A stretch of DNA of 63,400 bases, counting the filler, from Bipalium vagum (taxonomy: Eukaryota): assembly GCA_037834085.1 (NCBI GenBank). It is 3 parts of 3 records of this genome, joined end to end, with 100 filler letters (N's around TTAATTAATTAA, not from the genome) between each part and the next. Parts side by side here need not be neighbours in the genome. Positions count along the whole stretch, not along the records: positions 22,061 to 47,592 come from JBBMKC010189848.1; 2 more parts are not named here. One strand, 5' to 3'. Below the pieces are notes generated by a model. It had not been told where the DNA came from and made no database searches. It saw only the letters and a program-made list of their open reading frames with translations. Shown here piece by piece: positions 27,621-42,079 of this stretch (the stretch's first letter is position 1; every line of letters begins with the position of its first letter). A program made the translations under genes and the position numbers.

Positions 27621-28859
27621 CTCGACGCCTATACTTGGGTGTATCGTTTCAAAAATTCTAAAAGTTTAATATTGTACACAATATTAACTTTAAAAAGTTT
27701 CATATTATTAACTAATGTTTATTATTATTATTTATGACTATTATTATTAATTATTATTATTTATGAATTATTATTATTATTATTAGAATTACCAGTACTG
27801 TCTTAATTGGGTTTTGTGCCTTTGGCAAACACAACAGTATGTTAATATTTTCGTAAAGTGAAATGTGTCGAGATGAGTTATTTCATCAGAATTTCATAAC
27901 ATTTTAACTAAAAAATTTTGAGATAGAAGGTTCAAGATTTAGTGAATCAGTTGTCATGTTGTAGGTTATTCTGTTACTTTTCAGTTGTTGATTAACTTAA
28001 AACTAATCAGATAGTATCATTTAGTAAAATTCTCAAAAATATTTTAAAGATTTTTTTTTGGCTTGTGGTATTACAAGTACTCAAGTCATTTCATCTTCCA
28101 AACTCAAAGTTATTAGTGATCTTATTTGTTTCTTCATATTTATAAGCTGGGCACCATACTTTCTGAACAGAAATGTATTATTTAACGTCTTTAATTATAA
28201 TAAAGCAATATTTTCAATTTTAAATGTTTTGAATTAAAATGAATTATTTGCTTAATGTTTTAAATTTAATATTTTAAAATATTTAATGGATTCTCAGAAT
28301 GGTTTTATTAAAATGACTCTTAATTTATTATCTAGATAAATTTTATAAATCGAAATATAAATTAGGTTAAATTTAACTGTTATTGTAATAATTACAAGTT
28401 AAATAATTGTAATCACTAGATTTGCAGATAAATATCAGAAATGAAAAGGAAATGAAAGTATATAATATTATCTATTATTCAAAATTCTTAAAAATTCAAT
28501 TTTTTAAAATTGAGACTTAAAAAATATTTAGAAAAACAAGTTTTCTTTTTGCAGTAAAAGCTTCACATAAGTAATTCATAATATCATTTGTTAAGCATTG
28601 ATAAGTTCAAATATTATATATTATGAAAAATAATACCAGAAACAAGTTATTTTAAAACCATAATTGTACATTTGCCATATATCTGGCTTCCTAAAACGAA
28701 AACGTTATAAACTATTGTTCATGTCTACGGAAAAGCGAAAGGTAAATGTTACAATATGTTCTCCGATAATCCTTAAAGGAATTCATTTTCTTCTTTAAAA
28801 ATTTTTCCCAACTAATGGTCCGATTAAAATGCAATACTTCTTGCCAGTTCTGTTTGAGT

Positions 28860-29274
28860 TCCATTTTCTTGCAAATACGCTTCTAAATTGTATACTCTAC
28901 GAAATGGTGTGGCCGACCAGCTCGCTCTTTATCTGCCAAATCCATATTACCGCTTCTAAAGCATTTGAACCATTCACGACATAAGCTCCCCATTATTGTT
29001 TCATCACCACATGCTTGGCAAATTATTCTGGTTGCTTCGGCAGCAGTTTTCATTTGATGGAAGAGGAAGAGCATGCAGTGGCGAATATTCATTTTATCGA
29101 TTTCCATATTATTTCCTCTAAATAAATATTCTACTTTAAATTAATTATGAGACAATACATGTAAATATAATCAATATTTCCAAACAAGGAGTATATAATA
29201 TCATAATATCTCCTAATAATAACTTCTAATATCATAAATATGTGAGCAATGGAAACTTATGCACACCCCTAATA
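28860..29274 (-). mobile_element. Mariner 5' fragment (HTH domain)
   Basis: MEIDKMNIRHCMLFLF...EWFKCFRSGNMDLADKERAGRP; TIR ...ACTTATGCACACCCCTAATA. Confidence 0.85.
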
Positions 29275-29561
29275 TTAAATAGCATGTTCTTTCGTATCTT
29301 ATCTTGTTGGAAAGGTGATTGAAAGACAGATTAAAATAGGAAAACCTTCAACTTTATTACCTAGCTGAAAACCAATATGCTGTCTGCAGATGTTCTCAAT
29401 ATACAAAATTTTATTTCGTCTAGTAAATGATTCAAAACAAAAGTGCTTTGCCCAAAAAATTAGAAAAGATCGTAAAATCATAAGATAATTAAGTTTGCTC
29501 AAAAGGGCTTATTAAATGGAAAATATTGCATTTTTTAATTTTTTAACTAATGCTACTTAAT

Positions 29562-31085
29562 TACCATTCTATCCCAAATTATGGTATACATTTTAAATTT
29601 TATAATTTGTCGCAAATTTTTGTATGCAAAACACTAATTTTTGATTAAGCATATTTTTTTGCATGTATTACAATTCAAAATTAATATAACAATTGTAAAA
29701 TATTAACAAATTATGGACTTCTGAGTTAGTCAGTACTCATAATATTGTATCGTGTTTTATTCACTGTTTCTGTACTGCAAAGAATAGATATTGGAAAACG
29801 ACCATCTCGGTGAAGTTGTTCATTATTCATATGCTTAATTTTATAATTATTACCACCCTTTGCGATTATGGTAGATTCCATACATGTTTGTAAAGTTAAA
29901 GTTTCTCTTTGTTTAATTGATTGAATTCATTCTGAACACATTCAATTAATTCTTCAACATTTTTTTGGAGAAGTTTGATGTCGTAGTGATTGTATTGAGT
30001 TGAGTAAACCAAGATCTAATATATTAAGATCCGGACTATTTTGAGGCTGTGATTTAAATTTACTACACCACCAATCTTTTGATCCTTCGGCCAATAATAT
30101 TGGATTATTGTCGCCAGAATAGGGTTTGGTATTATTTTGCTGGAAAAATATTGGTTTGCATTTATTTATTGGTAATTTAGTTCTAATAACTGGCAAAACA
30201 TGTTTATCATCAATTTTTTATATTCTGCGGCATTTATGGATTCAGTAATCTTTGTAATACATGTTCTTTTTATTTTATTTTTCCGTTTAGATGGTTCTTT
30301 ATAAAAAATGGCTATATTCACATTTTACTATCGAAGTATTGTTTTTTGGCCTGGCAACTGCAGCCAGAAACATGTCTTTCGTGATAAAACGCTTCATTTG
30401 GCACTGTCACTCTGGCGACATTCATCTAGCATAATGCAATATGAACGTTTTTCTTTGGTTAAGTAGTACCATTTTTCATCTATATGAATTTAGTAGAATA
30501 AATATTCAAAGTAAGCATCCAAATTTAATTTAGACAAACAAAATTTAAGGTGAACCTGTTTATTAATATTCAATAGTAATGACTTTACAGTTCATTTAGT
30601 TGGTGACATTCGTTGGTGAAATTGGTTTGAAATGTGTAACATCTTTAAATCTTCGGAAGACTGTTGATTTTGGAACGCCAATAGCACACGAAAAACTTCG
30701 ATTTGTACTCCTAAGATTAAGAGGAATATCTTTAATTTCATTAAAATCCCGTAATAATCCTTTCTCTTTTTTTGTTCATCTGACGAAACATCGGCACATA
30801 TTTTACCATCATTGTATTTATTTTTAGCTTCCCTCCAAATTCTAGATGTGGTTAAACGAGAAACATCAAATTTACTGGCTTTTTCCTTAATTGTACCATA
30901 CCTTAACATTTTCCAGTTTTTTACTAGCTATAGCAGAAGTTGAAGTTGCATTTTTAAAGAAATTTCATTAAATACTACATATAAAATGTTTTTACTCAAT
31001 TTAGTTGACTTCTAATATCGTCACATCTTTGTTTTTTCTGTGGTTTTTGATTTCGTCGGACATAGACTAATATGGGAATACTATC
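29562..31085 (-). mobile_element. Degenerate DD39D (Soymar/Osmar-type) mariner-like transposon
   Basis: IFFQQ(N)NTKP...QPQNSPDLNILDLG..NSIQSL, 39 residues between the 2nd (mutated to N) and 3rd catalytic positions; N-term LRYGTIKEKASKFDVSRLTTSRIW. Confidence 0.8.
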
Positions 31086-31518
31086 AGTGAGGATAAGAGA
31101 GTATTATGTCCATCGAGACCAATCATATAGGATCATCAACAGGTTAGTAATATTCATTCTCAACCTAAATTCTACTCAGATCCCTGGTCATACTTTAGAA
31201 TGTCTAAAAAGGATGATGTTACCAACATATCCGTTAACCATTGTTTCTGATGAGATTCGATCACATGGGTACTTAACAAGTAGTTAAGATTTCATTAGAA
31301 ATCGAATCAGCACACTGTTTGAAAACCAGAAACACTGGTCCGACATTATCTAATATCTTCTCTGTGAAAAGGTGTAGGCGACACTCAAGGTAGAGTATAT
31401 CCTCATCTCCAACCTATTGAAAAGTTAAGATTCATGGATGAATTGACGCAATTGACTGTTCCCGAGACTCTTTCAGATCCCTTCTGGGAGTTGGTACTCC
31501 AGTTGAATTACTTGAATA

Positions 31519-32727
31519 TAAGGTTGTTGCATATGAAATTGGCAATTTTTATCTTAATTTTGTTAAAAAATTATATATTTAGTCAAAATATACGTCATTG
31601 CAATCAATGCAACGTTGCCGACGTTAGACAAGGTTTTTATTCCAAAACTATAAAAATTAGCATTTAGGGAATCTATGAAACATCGAAAAGCCTTTTCGAC
31701 CATAGGTTGATCATCGAAGTTCTTTTGACGAGTAAATAATTTCACGTGCTTGAAAAATGGAAATTAGTTGGTGGATGCGGTAGGACTTCATATTACAACT
31801 GATTTAAGTTTTGCAGCATTATTCGTGAGATGTGTGGTCTTTCATTGTCGTGCAATAAAATCTGGCCTTTTTTCACAATTTCTGGTATTTCTTGATTAAG
31901 TTTTTCATGCATTTCATCTATTTCGATATAGTATTTATGACTTGTTATTGTTTCATCACTTTTAAGGAAGCTGTAGTTGATTACTCCCCTACAACACCAC
32001 TAGAATGTAACCAGTACCTTTTTTGGATGCAAATATGATTTGGGCAATTGTTTCACTGATTCATTTTTATTTAACCGTTGCGCACTTCTTTTACGGTTAT
32101 CATATAACATCCATTTTTTATCGCATTTAATGATTCGCGATAAAAATGGTTAAAATTTATTTCTTAGAATTAATGCAAAGAAAATTTGATATCTCTTTTT
32201 TTTGTATTTCATTAGGTGATCAGGTACCCTTTTGTCCATCTTTTTTACTTTTCCAATTGTTTTCAGCTTATATGAAACAGTTGCTATGAATATATTTAAC
32301 TCTTCTGCAGCTTCTATAACCGGAATTTGAGTATTTAATTCAGTCAACTGCTGCAATTAATCATCATCCACCGTATAATCAGGGCGACCATGATCCTGAT
32401 TTCCAAGACTTATATAACCATCGGAAAATCTTTTGAACCAAAAACATGTAGTGCGTTCCGAAATCGAACCTCCTCATGCTTGGTTAATAATTTGTGTTGC
32501 TTCTGTTGCATTATGACCATGTTTAAATTTGTGAAGCATAATTACTAGAAATTCATGTCACCATTACTTAATTTCAGCTCCTGAGATTCAAAAAATCTAG
32601 AAAGTATAAATAGACAGTTATAATTATATGATAGAGAAATTTAAAATCTTCGATTTACTTTATTAAATTAGACAATTCAAGAAATTTTTAAAATAAAAAA
32701 TCAGTAATGTCATATGTAACAACCTAA
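31519..32727 (-). mobile_element. Full-length degenerate mariner (DD34D)
   Basis: TIRs TAAGGTTGTTGCATATGA / TTAGGTTGTTACATATGA with TA TSD; IGKVKKMDKRVP, KLFTRQKNF..NFYSFGIKTL. Confidence 0.9.
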
Positions 32728-34481
32728 TATCTTTTGAACCGTGGTTTCAGATTTTGCAGCATGGTATCCGTGGTAACCGTGTGCAGTATACCCATAACCC
32801 CCATTGACTTGTAAATATGAGATTCGTGGATGAGAAGTTCAAGTACTAAGACAGCAGAAATTATACGTCCAGAGGAATACGGTTAATCGGGATCACATTT
32901 CATAATTACCAATTAGGTTTTGATATTTCGCCTGATTGGCTCATCATTTTACGGATAGATGCCTTTAATTATCATAAGGAATCCACCAAATGGAAAACCT
33001 TTTGTTATTTTAGTAACAAATTTCAAAACTTAATTTAATTATAAACTAAAATTTAACGTGAACTTTTACTAATTGAAACTAATTTCAATATGATTAACAT
33101 GAATTACATATTTGTGGTCTGTATTTTTTTAATTTTACAAGAAATTTTATTATCTGTATATGACGTCATTCTGATGTAGACCATTTTACAGTATCACATA
33201 TTAAAAATATATCAATTAGATCGCCTTATATCACTATATTTTTAATAAAACACTTATTTATATATAACTTCAGTATATTAATTTATAAATAATTATGAAT
33301 AATATACTTATGTGGGAGTCCTAAAGAGAATCTAAAAAGAAAAATTTACAGTACCAACCCAAATTAGAGTAGCAATTCTATAATTCAATATCAAATTTAC
33401 TCTAAAATTCAAGACATCAAGTTTACGTATGACAAATATTAGAATAAAAATGATTATTTTATTAATATGATGGAGCATTATAACCTTAGTATAATAATGA
33501 TTGTTTATATATGATGAAGCATGGTATTGATTGGTTTTATGTAAAAGAATATAATTCGTCTTTTAATAAAAATATTTTACAATACAAATAAAAAGGTTTT
33601 ACATGAGAAGCATTTACTTAGTTCTAGTCCTTAAAAAATGATAAAGAAAATAAAATTAAAAAAAGGAATTAAATAATATTTTTACTTGAAATTATTATTT
33701 ATTTGCGTAAATAGAGCGTTGGTAAAGTTAAAGTGAACTTTAAGATCTAAACAAAATAAAATTTTTTTGAACTTACAATTCTGATGGCTTGATCCTTGTG
33801 ATCTAAAATAAACAAGAATATAATAAATTAGATAAACAATTACTATATGTATACCATTGAAAATATTGATAAACCAATACTATATTTGTTAAAAAATGAT
33901 AATAATAATATTATTATTAAAAAATGACAGAAAATAAAAAATTAATTAACTATGAAACATAATTTAAATAAAAAAATGAAATAAAATCTTATAATAAATA
34001 TAGAAATAAGAAATAGTTTAATAAAATAATATAAGGCAACTGAAAATCATAATTTCGCCTTTCAAAAACTTAGAAATTAGTTTATTATAAATAATAACTA
34101 ACGTTGAGAAATTATTGAGAAATTAATTTATAAGAACTTAATTTGAAGATAATTATCTATTATTGTTATTATTATATTAAAGTCAGTAGAAGGATTTAGT
34201 TTATCATAAATTGTAAATTTAGTAAAATATAATAATAGTTCAAGTGAATCATTCACGAATTTTAAATAATCTAATTAGCAAAACGTGAATATAATTTTCC
34301 GTTTCTGATGTTTTTAATTAAATTTTCCACTTTCTGTTTTTTCCTTTTCTGGAATACACGGTCTGGTGAATTAGTCATCCGATTTTTTATTTTTTCTTCA
34401 CGCCGTCTCTACTCTTCATAGTATTGATTGAGATCTTAAAATTACACAATAATTGTCATTTTGATCAAAACTATAAATATA

Positions 34482-35341
34482 CAGAGTGGCCAAGATAAAA
34501 GAGGCCCGGTATGAATAAAGAAGTACAAATACTAATACATAGAGAAGTAAGTTGCTATTATTTTGTAATCATTATTTAAAAAATGCAAATACAATAAGTG
34601 TTCACCACGAACTTAGATACACAAATTAGCACGTATCATCATGTTTTTGAAGGTTTGCCAGTTCCTCTGGTGTTATTTCCACAATAGTATTTTGAATGAT
34701 CGTTTTCAATTCTTCAATTTTATGTGGGTTATTGCTGTACACATTACCATTTAAGAAACCCTACAAATAAAAATCACAGGCAGACAGAAAAATGGGGCCT
34801 ACAATCCGTTGGGCTGAAGCTGCACACCAAACCATTATTATGCAGAGGAACGTCAAAGAATTCTTTTGGATTGTTGCGATTTTTTTGTGAGTTAACGTAC
34901 CCGCTAAGATGGAACCATGCTTCATCTGTCATTAAGTTAAGATTTGGATCTAGATCTTCATCAGCGAAATGATTGAGTAACCATTTGCAATAATCTTGTC
35001 GTTTTGTATAGTCCGTAGTTTTCAATGTTTTCATCATTCTTACTTTGTACGCTCGTATATACAATTGCTTAAACATTTCTTGACATGGCGTTCGCTTGAT
35101 TTTTAGTTGTGAGAATTGACGTCCAGTTGATTTCCATGGACTTCTTACAATAGCCTCTTGAACACGTTGAATATTTTCCGCTGAACAAACCGTCTTTACA
35201 CAATTACATTTAGCGTTAGCGACTGAACTCTAACTTCTTAATTTAGCTATCATTTTTAATAATAAAATATTGACAAATACAATGGCTTAATTCAAGTGTT
35301 ACGTACAATACTACTCTGGGACTCTTTTATCTTGGCCTTTG
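34482..35341 (-). mobile_element. Internally deleted DD41D-type element
   Basis: TIR core GGCCAAGATAAAAGAG at both ends; LMTDEAWFHLSGYVNSQ. Confidence 0.85.
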
Positions 35342-35689
35342 TCATTTTGATTGAATTGTGTTATAACCAAAAAAGTGTTCTTAGTCGATTTATGATTCGT
35401 GATTAGTACACTAACTTATTATTATCACACATTTATTTGAGTCAGGTATCTCTAACCATAAAAATTAACACATGTTTAATTTCTATAAGTATTACTTATT
35501 AACTTATAAACATTATCATCAGTATATATATCTTTATTATTTTATATATTACATATAATATTTCTATATTAGTAGTATTACAAACTGATTTTGATTTATA
35601 TTTTCTCTATACTTATTTGCTATTAAATATATTATAACTCTATTACAGCGTGCATCAGCAATTTGAGAACAAAGTTTAATTTTAACTTT

Positions 35690-36329
35690 ATAAATTTTTT
35701 TTCAATTTTTGGCAAGCAAATTACTTTAAAAAACATCAAATATTTATTCAATAAATCCGCCTTTAGCATCAATTACTGCTTTAGCATGGTTTCTGAAAAG
35801 CCAGCATACCTTGATCAATTGGTCTTTGTTAATTTAAAGCCTAGTATTGCTTATAATACCCCTTTATGAATCATTGATGTTATGAAGTTTACCTTTTTTT
35901 TTACCAAGTATGTGCTCTACCTTATAGGTAACATTAACTGCAGAAGTAGGTTTCTTTAAGAAAGCCACACAATTTGCTTGTTCTTGATGTTTTCCTTTTT
36001 CAACTTTTCAAGAGCAGCTGGACGAGTTTCTCTTTCTAAACTGAAATATTTATGATCTTGATTAGTCAAATAGTGTTTTTCTTTGCATTTGATTCTTTTA
36101 TAATAGTTAAAACTGTGTCGCACAACAAACACATTATCTTATCTTTGAAAGAAGTAAAGAAACAGCCCAATTCCCATTCGGAATTAAAATTTCTATGATC
36201 GGTAATAATTGAAACCAAGAACAAATTTAAGAAACATTAAAAAACAAACAAAAGATTATGATAAAGTTAATAAAGAGATACAAAAGTGAAAAAAATAAAA
36301 ATGGCCACATAAGTTCCCCACCTCTGTAT
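35690..36329 (-). mobile_element. Tc1/mariner remnant, maT (DD37D)-like
   Basis: C-term ...AKAVIDAKGGFIE*; one end ...CCCCACCTCTG|TA; partner TIR not found. Confidence 0.45.
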
Positions 36330-36439
36330 TATTTCAATATTATTTTAACTTTTTCCTTAATTATTTTATTATTTATAATTCCAGTCTTCTTTAGAGAATT
36401 GTAAAAATTATTTATAATCATATTATCAAATACTAAAAA

Positions 36440-36909
36440 AATCAAACCATAACGTAACCGCTTCTTCTAAATCTAAAACGCTTCCTTGATGTGTTTCCAT
36501 TATCTAGAGCAGGTTTTCGGATTTTGTGTTCCTGCTGTGCAATACGAGATATGTTTGATAGGTCGCAATTATACTTGGCTGCTACTTCTTTCCGTTTTTT
36601 GACTGTAAAAGATTTAAAATTTCCACCTTTTGATTGAGATTAAGGGATACAATTTTTCGTTTTGAGATTGACATTGTGAAAAATGTAGGAATATTTTAAT
36701 AAAATGTCTGAATATTTTTTAAACTCTGAATTACTTCGTATAAGTAAAACAGATAAAATTTTATGAATTATCATTAAAAATTATTATTTACTATTAAATA
36801 ATTATAATATTAAAAAAAATTAATTTGATGTGCACTTTTCTGGTGATAATTTAATACAAAAGTAGAAGGTAGTGCTTTAAAAATGTGTGCACTTATCCGG
36901 TTTTGACTG
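36440..36909 (-). mobile_element. pogo/Tigger 5' fragment
   Basis: TA|CAGTCAAAACCGGATAAG end; MSISKRKIVSLNLNQKVEIL..RKEVAAKYNCDLSNISRI (CENP-B-like HTH) and LEEAVTLWF. Confidence 0.8.
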
Positions 36910-37069
36910 TATTGCTAAAATATCAGATTGTTTCATATGAAGATGTCAATTTATCATAAAATATGTAAGAATTAGTCAACTCAGACAAAATATTTATTAA
37001 AAAATTAATCAAAATAGCAATAATTTGCATAAAAAAAACATAGTGATACAAGTAGTTTTAAAATCTTAT

Positions 37070-37260
37070 AAAAAGATCTTATTAAAAGGCTGGGGTTCAA
37101 AACTGGATAAGTTATTGAAATGATTTTTCGACTGATCCTCAGTCATGAATTGTTTTGTTCTTATTGAAATTATCCAGGTGTTTGAAAAATGAAAGTCTAT
37201 AGGAAAAAGGTCCGGTGAATAAGGTGAGTGGAATAAAATTTCAATATTAAGCCGATTGAT
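37070..37260 (-). mobile_element. Mariner catalytic-domain fragment
   Basis: HSPYSPDLFPIDFHF. Confidence 0.6.
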
Positions 37261-38499
37261 TGCTATGATTCACTATGCTTTGTCCAAATTCTTTGTTGAT
37301 ATTCTCTGTAGCTTATTGGAGTTATTACCAAATTTGTATTCGTACAAAAATAGGTGACAGTCTCGATTTTCCATTTTAAAATTAATCGTTTAATAATAGG
37401 AGTAAATGATTTTTTATTTAGAAAAATATTTGGATACTGACGGTATAAAACTTAATTTTTAAATGATGTCAATGATCTTTTAAAAATATATGAATATCTA
37501 AACAAACGATAATGTGGTTGAATATTATATACAATATTATCGTAAATTGATTTTAGGATCCAATTTTTAAGTAAGATTAAAAAAATCGAGTCTTCATCAA
37601 AAAAACTAAATATATAATAAAATATACACACAAAATAACAAAGAAAAACGCAATTGAGCAAAAATATTATTTTATCATTTATTTCTTAATAAAATAACTG
37701 CTTATTTTCCTATCAAATTGCTTCATTTTCAATCCAATAGTTTTTTTAAATTCGTAAAATTCAAAAATATTTTGTACCGAGTTCAATTTGACATACAATC
37801 TTTTAGGTTGTTCAATAGTATTTTGTAAATCATATATTCAATGACTATCATAAAATATCTCTTATTCTAAAAATCCCCGTTTCAAGAAATTCATCGCTTT
37901 CATTTATGTGACATCAACTTCCATTATAATTTGCTCTTCAGTCTCGATTGGTGTATCTATTTCACTTTCTGAGTTATCAAAATTATGTCTTGAATATTTT
38001 TTATAGTGTTTGAAATAATCAGTTTCAACGCTTCACAAGTATAATTTATAGAATCTAATATGTCAACATTTCTAATGTGAGAATCATTATCATTATGATC
38101 ATAGACAATTTTGAATTTGATGATAACATCGAACTAATGATCATTAAATACTTTAATGATGCTAATATCTAACAGATGTATTATTGGTATCGTGTTCTGA
38201 TAAAGAAATAATAATTTAATGTAGTGTACCGATTATAGGTGTGAGCTATACAGTTGTCACCTATAAATGATATTTTTCGTTTTGATTCCTTCATTTCCAT
38301 TAAGATTTATCTTAAAAAGCTATGCTTGAATAATTTATTTAGTCATCCATGCGTTTTTACTATGTTCATAATAAACATTGAATGTATTCAATTTTACATT
38401 TTCAATACTCTTGGTTTTTTAAAATTTCCAATAAGTGATTTCAATTTTTCACAATAATTTCAATAATTATAAATTTCTTACTTTATAATAATTTATATT

Positions 38500-38518
38500 A
38501 GTAATAATAATTATATTA

Positions 38519-38563
<45 letters not shown>

Positions 38564-38580
38564 TATTAGTAATAATAATT
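38500..38580. repeat. (AAT)n microsatellite
   Basis: Direct reading. Confidence 0.9.
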
Positions 38581-38928
38581 TTTATTAGTAGAATTTATAA
38601 ATTTCTACATTCTGTTATATGGATCATTTTGTTCCACAAAGTTCTTTTTAGTAGCACTTTTGTAATAGAGTCGTTTTGTCATTGTTCTAAATATTACATG
38701 CATTCTTTCAACTTTTTTTAATGAACATTCATAAATTGTTTGGCTGCTTCCTAATCAGTAAACTTTTTCTCACCAGATAAAATTTTAAATTCCAGATTAT
38801 TTCGGTTTTATATTGCTCAGTCATTCAATAGTTTAAAGTCTGAGAATTCTTTGAGTCTCAATTTACACAGCAATGCGTTTAATGATGGTAATTTATTGTA
38901 ATATTCATCATTCTTAGGTTTTTTAATA

Positions 38929-40136
38929 TTAGTGTGTCCCAAAAAATCGTTTTTTTAATATAAAGAAATCAAATTATAAAAATTTATTAAATACATATCA
39001 AACAGCAAAGTATAGACCATTATGTTCGATGGTCTTCAGCCATCTTTTCTTGAATTCCAATAAGATACCATTGTTTCGATTTGAAAGAGAACTCCAAGTA
39101 AGCAATTTCACATTGTTAAAAATACTAAAGATTCGATAACAATGGAAACTAGGTAGTAATCAGTAGTCACCTGATCAGGGCTGTAAGCTGGAAAAAGCTC
39201 AATTCCCTCCAGTTCTAGAATTTTTTTCTTGGTTATATTCGCTGTGTGTAGTTTTGCATTGTCGTGGTGGAGAAGGACTTTTTTGCGATTTATCAAAGAA
39301 TGATATTTTTCCTTTAGTTTTTCATACATACTATGGAGTTGTTAGGAATATAACTTTGGAGTCCATTGATTTACCATTGGATTACACCGTAATTCCGCCA
39401 TACGCCAAACATGAGCTTTTTTTCAACTCATTGATGTTTAACAACAGGAAATTCTGTTAACCTAATGTCTAGCCACTGATTTGAAAAGTCTGGATTTTTA
39501 AAATAAATCAACTATTCATTGCTTGTCAGGATTCTCTTAATGAAGCGACTGTCAAATGGGTTTTTCAAAAGTTCTTTGCAAATATCCTCATGTCATAGAG
39601 CATTTTTCACACTTAAATCATCATGTATTTCTTGGCCATTCCATGAAAATGTAAATGTTTGCATATGGTGGATTTTGAAGGTCCCAATTGTGCTGTTAAT
39701 TTCCGAGTACTAGTTCTTGGATTCTTTTCAACGGCTTCCACCAGAGCTTCAAAACTCACCATGGATGGTCGCCCGGAACCTCCTGTCCTTAACAGATTGG
39801 TGTCTCCTTTGAAATTTTTTTAAAGCCAATCTTGAGCTGCACGATTATTGACACTACTCACACCTTCCATAGTGTTGATCATTCGAACAGTCTCTGCCTT
39901 TTATGTCTTTCTTTTCCAATAATGACGCAAAAGCACTTGAAAATCATATATTGAATACATTTTTAAAATTCCAATTTCACCTTAAAAATTTAAATATATT
40001 TATGAGTTGCAGTTAGCTTAAAAGACAAAAAATCAACTTACATTCGATATATAAATTGATTTCTGGACCTATTAAATTAAAATGATTTCATGGCAAACAT
40101 TAAAATCAATAAAACGATTTTCTGCGAACACCCTAA
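38929..40136 (-). mobile_element. Full-length degenerate mariner (DD34D)
   Basis: TIRs TTAGTGTGTCCCAAAAAATCGTTTT / TTAGGGTGTTCGCAGAAAATCGTTTT, TA TSD; LLHHDNAKLH...PAYSPDQVTTDYYL. Confidence 0.9.
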
Positions 40137-42079
40137 TATATATTGAATGAATTACTTCCTCATTGGAATCATTTTCAATATAAAGTAAATATTTGGTAAA
40201 ATTTTGTTTTATTCTGCTTAGGCCTCCTTTGGTTGTATTGAATTCGTGTGGAAGTTTTAAAAATTTTAAAGATGTAACAAAATCTTTTTTGAAAAATTTT
40301 TTTAAATAAAATGCTGTGATTGTGTACTTTTTAAATGGTTCGAGGTCAAATTTTATTTTTGGTAAAATTCAATTATTTTATTTAAGAATGGGCTGCCAAG
40401 ATATTGAGGTGCCTCACACCCAAAATTAAGGTTTGACTGTATAAACTAACATAAAAGTAAAAATCATTAATTGCTAAATTTACATAAAATGTTTGTATAT
40501 AGTTCTTCGAATATCAAACTAAAACTTGACCCAACTGGTAAAAATGAATATGAAATGAATGAAAATGAAATGAAAATAATTGAATCAAAGTTTCTTTTTC
40601 AAAAATTATATTTGGTTTATTACAATTGATTGTGCATTTAACAAATACTTAAAAAAATTAAGATACAAAAGATATTAATATACATTTTAAAAATTCATAA
40701 CCATAAAAGTAACATGCAATTATCTTTTGCCAAAAAGATGAAATGACTATTGACATCAAATCAATATTTCATATAAATGAGAAATATTTCAATTTGTAGT
40801 TTGTTGAGAATTTATTGTTGGATACGTCGATCTGATTTCTTACAAATAGTTTACTCGAGTAGAACTGTTCCGGATAACGTCAAAATCACTACCAACTAAC
40901 TTTACAAAAAATAGTCTATGTAAGTTTACTTACGCTGTTCATAAAGATCTTTATCGGATTCATAACCCTAAACAAGTATCTAAAAGTACTAAAAGATATT
41001 GAATTTAAATCAGATGAATAGATTTTCTTTTAAGGCCACATGCAAAAAAAATCAATTGATTTTAAAAATATTCGCATATATTTTGGAAAAAATGAAGATT
41101 TATTTTAGTACATAAAGTCAAACAATTCTCCCTTTTAGAAAGTATATGATGGTTCGTTCTAGTGGAGGGTTTGATCATATAAATTTTCCCACTAGGTCTG
41201 GAATTATTAGTTTAATCGACCAACGAGTCGTCTATCATAATCTCTTAATGATAATAATGATGAGAATATCAGGCTAAATACTTAGGAAGATTTAGAATGT
41301 TAAGTGTTGTTACATGACCAAATGTAACATCAACTTAGTCCAATTTTAAAGCAAAATATTGGGGTCAGTATCTAGAATTTTAATGATATTGATAATTATG
41401 TCAGTACAGTTTGTATACGGGAGTCGACGGCTTTTAAGATTTAGTGTGCTGAGAAAATATTTAATAAATCTTATAAGTGAGGCAGAAGAGTTGTTGCCTG
41501 TGAGAAAATGATATGATAAATGAACATAATGATGTTAATTGATTATATATCAACGACGCAGTCCCGGGACTACCACTTTGGTTTCAGGTGGCGAAAGACT
41601 TTCATTGCATTGTTCATCTTCTGAGACAAATCTCTGCATATTTTATGATCGTCGTCTTTCACAAATGCAATCAATTGGATGGCCGATTGGCATGTGGAGT
41701 GTCTTGAAGATTAAATGTTTTACTTTCGAATTTCTCGTACTAATATTTTGCAGCAGTCTAGTCCAAAATATTGAGTAATGGGTATTGATTATCGATAGTA
41801 CTAATAATCCACAACTCAACACAATGATAGTCTTAATTAATTCAAGTAAAATAAGTTTGTGGTTTGATGAATATTTATTTTATGAATCATAAATTCACTT
41901 GAAATGATTTTCATACTTTACTAAAGATTTACTTATTACTTAAAGTAAAGAATCCTGAAAAATATTTTTTTGATTAAATTTAAAATAACCTTAAAAAAAG
42001 TCAGTTTAAACAAAACGGTGGAAACCAAAGTTCAACCATTTAATCTTTGTACAAATATATTATGATAAATTAAAGTTTT

